Below are positions 54,303-64,000 of a stretch of DNA of 64,000 nt, piece by piece (within the stretch, counting starts at the first letter, position 1; the number at the start of each line of letters is the position of its first letter). Source of the DNA: a virus (lineage: Duplodnaviria > Caudoviricetes); IMG/VR virus record IMGVR_UViG_3300021387_000025, positions 32,001 to 96,000 of that record; one strand, given 5' to 3'. The notes under the pieces were generated by a model. It was given only the letters and a program-made list of their open reading frames with translations. It was not told where the DNA came from and ran no database searches. Position numbers and translations under genes: made by a program.

Positions 54303-54491
54303 TTAGATAGCGGCCGAGGCATTTCCCTCTATAAACATCGACAAGCAAACTCCCAAATCGAACTCCGCGCGATTATAAGAAGAAGACAGAAACGCAGTAT
54401 ACGCCAAGTATAATTCCGAAGGACTTAGCTTGCGCGGATAGTGTTCGTAAAGATAAATAATTGCATATACATCATCTTTAGTAAATCTCAT
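54303..54491 (-). CDS. Hypothetical protein, 62 aa
   Basis: GAGGAGG RBS before ATG 54491. Confidence 0.55.
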   Translation of the reverse strand: MRFTKDDVYAIIYLYEHYPRKLSPSELYLAYTAFLSSSYNRAEFDLGVCLSMFIEGNASAAI

Positions 54492-54627
54492 AAGCCAGTT
54501 CCTCCTCTCCAAAATCAACGAAATCTTCTTCATTTATCGCGCGAACGCCTTGAAGTTCAATAAAATCGAGAAAGTTATCATAGACTTCTTCACACTGGAC
54601 CTGAGTATCAAAATCATCAAACCGCAT
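54478..54627 (-). CDS. Small very acidic protein, 49 aa
   Basis: AAGGAG RBS; MRFDDFDTQVQCEEVYD.. Confidence 0.55.
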   Translation of the reverse strand: MRFDDFDTQVQCEEVYDNFLDFIELQGVRAINEEDFVDFGEEELAYEIY

Positions 54628-54642
54628 TAAAGTTATCTCCTT

Positions 54643-55281
54643 TCATTCAAAATCTTTTACTTTCACCTTAACTACAACACGCTTACCCATTCGATTCCTA
54701 ATTTCAATAACAGGTTTACATACAAGTCCCTCCATTGGCGCCGTACCAATCGTAGACATTGGTTTTGATTTTACATAAGTGATTGCTTCATCTAAAGTAG
54801 AAACCATAATTTCTGGTACTACCTGAATTTTAAAGGCCCGCACAATATCTTCAAGCGATTCGCGCCGAAGCCAAAGATCCTTTTTAGGCATATAAACATC
54901 AAACAGAATGAAATCTACGCCATCTGACTTATAAAGTCCACCTTTTTGAATTTTCGCGCCGTAACCTTCTCCAAAAAGAATTACTTCTTCTTCTCCAAAA
55001 AGCTGTTCAAATAATTCTTCATTTGCTTCGCCGCCAAACAATTCATTTAATCTATTCACCAAAATAGAAGGAATCTGCGCCCGCTCTGTACGTCCCTGAA
55101 ATGAAACTCTATGTCCGTCCCAGACAATACCAGTATTTGTTCCATCAATCTTTTCAGTACAAGACCATTTACAGTCTTTGAGATATTCAACTAAAGGATC
55201 ACGATATACACCCTCTAACAATTTCTTACTTCCATTCATATCTCGAGCAAAAGGCGTGTCGATTTTTGTATATTCAACCAT
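54643..55281 (-). CDS. RNA ligase (Rnl2-like nucleotidyltransferase domain)
   Basis: Motif I TEKIDGTN, FGEGYG, FILFDV, MEGLVCKP, VKVK. Confidence 0.8.
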   Translation of the reverse strand: MVEYTKIDTPFARDMNGSKKLLEGVYRDPLVEYLKDCKWSCTEKIDGTNTGIVWDGHRVSFQGRTERAQIPSILVNRLNELFGGEANEELFEQLFGEEEVILFGEGYGAKIQKGGLYKSDGVDFILFDVYMPKKDLWLRRESLEDIVRAFKIQVVPEIMVSTLDEAITYVKSKPMSTIGTAPMEGLVCKPVIEIRNRMGKRVVVKVKVKDFE

Positions 55282-58200
55282 TTTTTATACCTCTTCTTTC
55301 ATTTTCTATAAATAGTATAACAGAATTTTTAGAAAATTTCAAGTTATATTTCTTAGCGTAGAGGGCGCGGGCGCCATCAATTCTCTAAATTATAAAAAGC
55401 ATTCAAATCCATTGAGTAGTTATATCCTGTCCAACCACATTCGCACCAATAGCAACATTGTGGCGGAAAAGAAGTCAGTATAGCTGTATTATCCATAAAA
55501 ATATTCTTACCACACTTTGGACATACAATTAAAGTTGGGATTTTATGTTGATCCAGCGAATTAAATTCATCCCATTTCATTTTTATATCCCTCATTTATT
55601 TGTTTTAAAGTACCCCATCCTGCTTCAGAAAGAGTATGAATAACTCTGATTTCGGGTGGCTTTGGCGGCGGACACTTAAAAGCCCACCATTCCGCGCCAT
55701 CATACTCATGACGTTCAAGCCAAAAATCTTTCCCAACTAAAATTAAGTCATTTGCAATTTCCTGGCGACCATATCCAGGATCATATTCAATATTTGCTAA
55801 CTCTATAAACTGTTCACGACTGATCTGAAAATCTTCTCCACCAAACCAATCAATATCGTCTAAAGTTTTTCCATGCTTTTCTAAAATTTCTATAGTCTCT
55901 GCTAACAAATTTCTGAGTCTTTCCATTCAAACTCCTTAAAATTTCTTAATTATATGCCAGCTCAATATCCGCTGGATAGATACTGTACAAAAAACCTTCT
56001 TCATCGGGACAATAGCCAGTGTTCATAATTTTTGAATGGAATTTAGACTTGTTATCATGGATAAATTTCCAATATTCATAAGAAGATTTGGTTTGCGGCA
56101 ATGGAATAGAAAGTGTCTTTGCGATTTTCTCTGCGTACTCAATCTGTTTTGCGGACGCAGGTTTCATTAATTGAATTTTTTCATCTTCTTTTATAAGATT
56201 ATCCATCGTCATACTCCTTTTCCATTCTATTCTACCTTTTTATCCATTCCGTAACAGATTTCATAAACAAAAAAAGTGCTGCGTCACCAGTTCTATAGAT
56301 GGAAAACTTCTTTAATTCGTCGAGATCGACGTATATTGGACACGGCAAATCAAACATTTCACCATTCCATTTTATTTTTTTAATCTCTTTTTCCATTACA
56401 CTTCTCCAACAATATAACCAATGAAATTATAATACTCACAACATTTCATCATTCTCGCCTTTCTGCATCTTTGATAAACTCAATTCCATTTTCATTTATT
56501 TTCACAGATTTGATCTTTACGCCTTTCCCCATTTCACTGATCAAATCCATACACATATCACGGTAATAATTAGCACGTTTTTGCCAGAACTCTGAGGTGT
56601 TGCTTTGCTCTGGCTGTACGGATGGCAAGTCTACAACAGCTTGTACGGCACTTTTAAGTCCAGCATTGTAATTAAAGACATTATCTTCATACTCGGAAAT
56701 TGATTTATCTGGATCTACTATATAATCCTTAATTGCCTCAATCGCCGCCTGACGCGAAATCAAGTCCCCGACATTTGTGTCAGGAACATTAGAAGTAAGC
56801 CAATCAAGCATTTTTTCTTCAGGGTATGCCCAAAACTCCTCAGCATATATCCCGAAAACCTTTTTGAACAGTTCGGCATTACTCATCTTCTTCTCCTCTC
56901 ATGTCCGCCCCGCAATTCGGACAGAACTTCCATTCATAATTAAAGCGCCCTTGACATTCAGAGCAAGTCCACCAATACTTATGTTTTGGCTCATTTTTTC
57001 GACTTATCCACTTCCCTCTTTTTCGTTCTGGCTGTACGGGCGGCAAATCTCTTAATATTTTCAAGAAATGTCTATGCTCATATTCATGTGCGCAAGCTTC
57101 TTTTCCGTTTTGGTGATGATTTAAACGTCTGCTTTCTTCAACAGCATCCAATGCCGCCTGTCTGCTGATTAAGTCATCCATTAAAAGAATCCTCCCACTC
57201 TAAATAAGCAAATCCAAGCCAACAAATAAAACATAGCTCATTTTTACAATCCTCATAATTATGCTCGTTTCCGTTCCATTTTCCGCACCTTGCACACATT
57301 GATTGAAGTTTTTCATCTTCATTCGCATAATCAATGTTGTGTTCATATGACTCTTTCAATTTTCTCTCAAGACTTTGTGTCATCACCTGCCCTCCCCATT
57401 TGCGCCAACAATAGTTTTACAAGCGGAAAATGTCTTCCTGTTTTCGTCCACTTTTGCGGATTCTTTGACGCATAAAGCGTACCTTTTGCATCCATCCCAT
57501 CGATAAATCCATCCTGCCCGATATGAGTAATCACAACCACGGTGTCAGGTCTTCCATCATTCCAATGGAATGCCACTTCATCACCTATCTTCATCAAATC
57601 TGCCATTGTTGCTCCTTTCCTTTCTCCACTCTCTCAATTCATCTGTGAGATTGTCAATCGACTTGTGAATATCCATGATCGAAAGCCACGGTGCAAGGAC
57701 AACGTAAAGAATCACCAAAGTAACAATTGAAATTGCAATTTTAGTCAAAATATTCATTCCTCATCACCTTCCTTCCCATGCCAGTAGGGGCAAGTATCAT
57801 CTTCAGATACCACCGTCCCGCTGTCAGCGCAACGATAATTATTCCCGAACCAATGCCCATAGTTTTTGCAATTCTTGCACTTTATAACGTTTTCCTTTTT
57901 CTTTCCATCTGCACAGTAATAGCTTTCAAGATGACACATATGATGAATCCAACAGTACCGCATGTCTGAAAATTTCCCTGTCACGATATCAATACGTGTT
58001 GGTATTCCGTTCTTACAATCTTTGCAACGCACCACATACTCAAGGTCTTCGTTACACTTCATAAACTGATCATATCCAAGCTTTACAATCTCATTCCATG
58101 TCATCTTCGCTCCTTTCTCCGTATTTAACCCCAAGTGCAAAACCGCTCATAAATATGAGCGATATAAATAAAAAAATACCGAACCAATCAGACATCTTCG

Positions 58201-60334
58201 CATTCCTTTTCTTCTACGGCATCAGTCACTAACATTAAAAGTTCAGACACCGCATGATCTCGCAAAAATTCTTTAAGCTCATAGATCATATTGTCATAGT
58301 CATAATTGTCATATCTGCTCATCTTCGCTCCTTTTTATCCCAACTTTACCCTCTTTTTCCGCTCAACCAATCGCCAACAGCACTGTAATATGTTAACTTT
58401 TTTTTCGTTTTCTTTTCCCTAAAGGTAATAACGATAAGCCCAATTATGCAAGCAACTGCCGCAGCCCCCAATATACAAAGGGTAATTATGATTTCACTCA
58501 TTCCTCTACCTCTTCACTATATGGTTTTTCCGGCGCGGCGTGTACAGCTGTCATTATGTCTCCAAAAGTATCTGAAGACTGAGGAATTAAACTAATGAGC
58601 TTTTCCAACTCTTTTATTTTTTCTTCAAGACTATCCATTTTCTCCTGTAAGGAAGCGGTAGCTTGCGCGTCAGAAAGGCTCTTATTCAATTCCTTCGCCA
58701 TTTCGTCAAAACATCTTCTGTGAACATACCAATCCTGTTTATCATACTTTGACCGGATCTTGATGTGCCTCACGTGTCCGTTAGTGAAATCATAATCGCT
58801 AAACGGCTCTTTGCAGAGATTGCACATGTATATTTTGCTCACTCTTCTTCTACCTCTTTTTCTTCATTTTCTAACCATTTCATCAAGCTCTTTTCACACT
58901 TTGGACACAAATCAACAGATTCCCATCCACTCATAAAGCCTTTTACCATAGTGATAGAAAACATTGGTAGTATTGAATTTACCATAGGATCTGTATTTAT
59001 TCTTGTTCCACACCTATCACACGTTTTTGTAATCATTCTTCACTCCTTTCTGTATATATCCATCCGAGAAGTACTTTTGCTACCCATCTATGAAATCGAT
59101 TCGGCAATTTCGTATAAATTGAAATAGTAAACCCTTCATGTATCGTCAACGTTCCGACTGGCTTTGGGAAATCAATCGAAATATGTTCAAGTTCGCTCAT
59201 CTTTTACCCCTTCCTTTGAAGAATGTTTAGAACAACAATATCGTGGATCAACTTCGCATTTCCACACATCGCAATAATCGTAGTACCAATTATAATGTTC
59301 ACAGTTATCACAAAATTTACCTTCTGGCGATAACCATCTAATACAAATATTATTCATTTTTTACCTCTTTCACTTCTGAAAAAGAAGAATCAATATCAGA
59401 AGGAACATAATAACTGTGAGACAAAATTGAATGTAACCCATTTTCGCTCCTTTCAAATCCTCACCTGAACATACGCTCCAGCTTGCTCACCGTCCCGTCT
59501 TCGTTTACAACGATTGCGACATTGGTTGGAATGTCGATGGTCGGCACGATGTCTGCGGAATAGTTTTCCAGAAAATCAATGATACGCATAGGCTTTGTCG
59601 AATATTCCTCATACTCTTCATCATAAAACTGGAAGTTTATCACTTTTTCTCCGTCAATCAACATCTTCGTTCCTTTCCGTCATGTATTCCTTTCTTCAAA
59701 CGTAGAATGCTATTTATTGCGTGCCATACAGCAACGGTTTTCCATCACTATCAAGGAGAGGTGTAATTGCACAATGATAACAATCATATATGACAAGATA
59801 CAAGACGCCGGTTTCTTTATCCGTAATCACTGTTTCATAATATGGTGCATTACAATTATCACCGGATACAATAATGAATCTATCTGATTTTGTGAAATAT
59901 TCACCTACGTTTCTTCCGCAACCACATAGCACCACTGCAAAAATAACCATGAGCATTACACATATTGCTTTTTTCATTCTTCGCTCCTTTCGTAAACTTC
60001 TCCCCAAACAAGTATTGCTTCAATCGCAACAGCCACAATAAGCACCAGCCGAAAGAAGGTGTACCACTCAAGTACAAACGATAAACAAGTCAATACTGGC
60101 AATCCCAAGATGGCAAGGGTCACGACTATCGTACCAATGGCTTTTACGATATAATTCATTTTTCACTCCTTTCTCCTTTTCGTCTCCCCAATGCATATCC
60201 CAAGAAGAAAACAGCAAGCAACAGTGAGGTTATACCAATCCAGTCATACATCTTCGTTTATTTCATCCTTCCGGCTCTTCCATGCACATCCCAAAAAGAA
60301 AACAGAAATCAACAGTCGGATTATACACTCCAAA

Positions 60335-60661
60335 TCAGACATCTTCGCTCCTTTCGTACGGTTTCGGTAAAGGCATCCATGCAGTCGGCATTACATACCA
60401 ATCATTCCATTCGCCATCGGCCACTATACCAATATCTACACATATACGCCCGTCATTTTCGTAAGTGCATAAATAACGTCCATCTTCTGGCAGTCTCTCC
60501 TCAACCGACACCCACCTCGGCTCTGACTGTTCAGTCAATTCGTATGCCTCTTCGAGAGCTTTATAAAGTCGATTACATTCCATTGCGTTTCCAAGATGGA
60601 AATACTTACAAACAGCACCAAATGCCTTTGACATATCAATCATTTTATTCATTTTATCCAT
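60335..60661 (-). CDS. DUF551-like protein
   Basis: RWVSVEERLPE..AWMPLPKPY. Confidence 0.65.
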   Translation of the reverse strand: MDKMNKMIDMSKAFGAVCKYFHLGNAMECNRLYKALEEAYELTEQSEPRWVSVEERLPEDGRYLCTYENDGRICVDIGIVADGEWNDWYVMPTAWMPLPKPYERSEDV

Positions 60662-61394
60662 TTTTACTCCTTCCTGAGCGCGCTTCCGCAATACCAATCT
60701 CCATCTGTTAACCAGTTTTTACACGGCAAGCTTGCAATATTTAGCGTATGCATGTTATTATTACCAATGTATTCTTCTGATCGCCAGTGCTTACAGTCTC
60801 GGCAATGGATGACTTCTGACTGCGCTGGCGGCAAATCTTCAAGTCTTCGTATTAGTCCACATGATCTGTTCTGTCTCGGAATATTAAAACAATCCAAAAG
60901 CCAATCATTAGCGGCATCAATCGCTGCCTGTCTACTGATTAAATCATCCATTCTGTTCACCTTTCATAAATAATCTCAAGCGGTTCTATTACATTCGGCA
61001 AAGTCATCCCCATGTGTTCTCCATACAGTTCTATAAAATTCCACAACTGGAATTCCGTATATCCATTTTCATCTTCTTCCGGAAACTTCGGTTTGCATAC
61101 CTCTCTTCCCGCAGTCTGATTTATCCTATCGTATTGATGATAATATATTTCTTTGCCCCAGTCGGTCAGTTTTACCTTGATCAGTTCATTAAGATTAATT
61201 CTCATTCTTTGCTTTTTCCGTCTCCTCTTCCATCATGTCAGCTATCTCCGCGAGAAGCACCAAGCATCGAAGCGCTATATCGGTAATGGCTGTGGTATTG
61301 ACCTTTATGATAAGGTCAGTGTTTCCTGTCCATCCAGCTAACGCGACCGCATCCTCACATGCTTTCTTGAACTTTTCCACTTCACTTAATCTGC

Positions 61395-61787
61395 TCATTC
61401 TTCTCTCCTTTTATATGGTTCTGGCAAAGGCATGTAAGCAATAACCTTTGTATACTGCGGAATATCAAAAATCGACCAACCCCAGTCACCTGAAATTCCT
61501 AAACTGAAAATGTCCCTTGTCCATCTACATTCACATTGATAGCCTGTGTCGGTGCAGACCCAATAACGATTGAACTTCTCCGGCGGCTTAACCTCGACAG
61601 GAATCCATCTTGGCTCTGACACTTTAGTTACAACAACCCTGTTCTCTGAGATCGAAATATCATATAAACCGCTATTGTGAAAAATGATTCCAGCGCCAAC
61701 TTCAAAATTAGAATCAGTTTTATTTTCAAAAACAATTTGATTATTAACGTCAATTATTTTTTCTTCGCCACCAACAAACCAGCTCAT
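61395..61787 (-). CDS. DUF551-like protein
   Basis: RWIPVEVKPPE..VIAYMPLPEPY. Confidence 0.65.
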   Translation of the reverse strand: MSWFVGGEEKIIDVNNQIVFENKTDSNFEVGAGIIFHNSGLYDISISENRVVVTKVSEPRWIPVEVKPPEKFNRYWVCTDTGYQCECRWTRDIFSLGISGDWGWSIFDIPQYTKVIAYMPLPEPYKRREE

Positions 61788-63689
61788 TTATTCATTCTCT
61801 CCTCTCATATCCGCGCCACAGTTCGGGCAGAAGTCCGAATCCGCTTCACTATGTTCTCCGCACTGATCGCATTTATAAGGGTGATGGACAAGTCCCCACG
61901 GTTTAAATGTTTCATCTATCCACTTTCCCTTCTTTCGCTCTACTGCATCGGCGGTCGGCACTTTGTCGATTGCCTCCCTAAGTGCTTTGTGCTGAATATC
62001 TGTACGCTGATGGTATACTTCCGTTAGAACGGTATACACATCTTCATCGGTTAGATATCTCATTGCTTTTCTCCTCTCTCATATCTGCCCCACACGTTCC
62101 ACAAAACGCATGGAATTTTTCCATCTGATCAACACTCGTGACGCTGATAACTCGATGACAGTTTGAGCAGTAATAGTACCACGGCATATCACTCCTCTGA
62201 ATCCACTTCCCTCTCTTACGTTCTGGCTCTGCATCGCTTACAGGGAAGAAATTTATCAAAGCTACATTTTGCTCCCCCTCATACCAGTCAGATTTCCATG
62301 CAAAATATCCATCTTCTTGCAGGTCAACCATAAATAATTCGTTTGTCCTGACACCATCAATCTCAATCGTAACAATTATATCTTCAATAACCGTTACGTG
62401 ATTCTGTATGTATTGTCCAATTACATTATAAGGGTCTTCTCCATTAGGCACTTTTAGCATCACTTCCTCAGCGTGTCTGCCTTCTTTAGTCATCGGTTCC
62501 TCCTTTCCACGGCGTTAATATTATACCAGCCCTCTGCATCACTAATTTGGCTACGGCGGGCTTATATTTTCTGATGATTATGCCGCATTTTGACTCTTGT
62601 CTGTAATACTTCGGCTTCTCATCTGTCCGTTCCGCTTCTTCCCATTCCGGGTCATAAAACGGCTCTTTTTGTCTGTCATGATACATTCGATTTCATACTT
62701 TTCCTTTCCCACAAATCGTGCGCCGCACACATAGCAATAATTAATATTTTCAAGAATCAACTCATATCTGCTCCGCAATTAGGGCAGAAGTTTGTCTTCT
62801 CAATTCTTTCCAATCGAGGAAATAAGTAGAATCGCGAATCAAAGCGTGACACCCCCGGAATATCTTCTCCGCATTCGCTACAAGTCCAATAAATACCATC
62901 CGCATCCGACATCTTAATCCACTTTCCCTTCTTCCGCTCTACTACATTTGGATTTATGGCAGTACTAATATCAACTTCGTTTACCCATTTCAAAACTGAC
63001 CAATCTAAACTTATTGCATGTTTCATCAACTTATCCACGTCAGCATATTTAGTTACTGCCATCCCTTTTTCTCCTCTTCTTCTCCCACAAACTGCAATAA
63101 TCATTATCTTTGACACATATGTTAAAGTTCCAACAGAAATCTTCACCATACTCATCATGCCAACCACAATTCTTGCACTGCACCACTTCTTTCGGCGCCT
63201 GTTTCGAAATCAATTCGTCCATAATTCTTTCTTTACCTTTCTTGTGATTTCATGGCAAGTTCTGACAAGACTATCCTCGGACTGTTCTTCTGTCATTTCC
63301 GCATCAATCTCTTTACAAATCTTTTCCTCTCTGCTCATCGCCGCAAGGAAAATTCTCTGTTCCTTGTCGGTCAACCGTTCTGGAAATGCGGATGGGATAT
63401 TCCCAATAGCCTTAATAACCCCTTCTCTTGCATATTTCAATTCAAGATTTTTTAATACCACGTCTCTTTCAATCCAATCTGTCATTGCCGCTCTCCTCTC
63501 TCATGTCCGCTCCACAGTTCCATTTTCCGTACAAGGCGGCCGCCTCTATTTCTTCACGATACCATTTACATTCTTCTTCAAGTTCGTTCATATCATCTAT
63601 AGTTGATATGCCTTCACTAATACATCCCATTTCAGAGTCTTCATATTTATCCAAAAGCTCTAAAGCAATCTCTTTTAAACTTCTCATAA

Positions 63690-64000
63690 TTAATACCCCG
63701 AATAATCAATCAATACCGGCTGTTCGTCTCTATATCCCCAATTTGCACTATGAAGATCATTGATCTCAAAAGCGTTAATAAAACTAACTAAATCATCAAC
63801 TCTCTTTTGATCTCCAAGCATGGCGTAAACACGATCTTCATTATCTAATGAATATGAATCTTCCCATGCTTCTTCTTGAATTTTATCATCATCTAAATCT
63901 TTACAGCTATAAAAGTTATCAATAGTGTAATTATAAAAAGAATCAGAAACAGCATCGTCATCAACCCATACATGTTCCTGCACATAAACATCGACACCGC
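63690..64000 (-). CDS. Protein-kinase-like protein, C-terminal part (start outside window)
   Basis: INDLHSANWG..PVLIDYSG matches the catalytic loop DxxxxN and the metal-binding D; frame is open to the window edge. Confidence 0.6.
   Translation of the reverse strand, partial: GVDVYVQEHVWVDDDAVSDSFYNYTIDNFYSCKDLDDDKIQEEAWEDSYSLDNEDRVYAMLGDQKRVDDLVSFINAFEINDLHSANWGYRDEQPVLIDYSGY

Larger units (their letters stand above)
55377..63687 (-). other. Cluster of more than 25 tightly coupled small hypothetical genes
   Basis: Overlapping ATGA/TGATG junctions with GGAG RBS, e.g. 55567-55926, 55946-56212, 56449-56886, 56879-57181, 57367-57606, 60664-60960, 60957-61205, 61195-61398, 61788-62063, 62044-62493, 63210-63485, 63469-63687. 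Confidence 0.75.

Noticed and set aside
56777-63763. Plus-strand ORFs in the right-hand region
   Set aside because: Antisense to tightly coupled minus-strand genes that have clear RBSs

Overview
This is a 64-kb segment of a large, AT-rich tailed (siphovirus-like) dsDNA phage. The host is probably an anaerobic Firmicute, judged from sigmaA-type promoters, class III RNR and Gram-positive SOS boxes. The supplied ORF track is misleading because the phage reads TAG as Gln (genetic code 15). With TAG read through, dozens of fragments fuse in frame into intact genes. Layout: (1) 1-11.9 kb, + strand, replication and nucleotide metabolism (recJ end, endonuclease, dnaE, glutaredoxin, nrdD/nrdG, ThyX-like, dUTPase, RuvC); (2) 12.1-40.7 kb, - strand, packaging/head/tail operon (terminase, portal, protease-scaffold, capsid, tail tube, 2807-aa tape measure, Dit, 1630-aa tail protein); (3) 40.9-52.2 kb, + strand, an array of about 30 self-contained expression cassettes; (4) 52.2-54.3 kb, repeat-rich non-coding DNA; (5) 54.3-64 kb, - strand, small accessory genes. 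The array is the main discovery. Each unit has a near-consensus TTGACA-N17-TATAAT promoter, a shared leader/RBS, one small gene or an ORF-less structured RNA, and a hairpin. Junctions carry an invariant GCCCGGGC (19 exact copies), usually flanked by either a GTTAG-N6-CTAAC palindrome (11 copies, DtxR/MntR-type geometry) or a Gram-positive LexA box (4 perfect, 1 variant). Four gene families are duplicated inside or next to the array. All coordinates and counts were made by hand, and no database searches were run.
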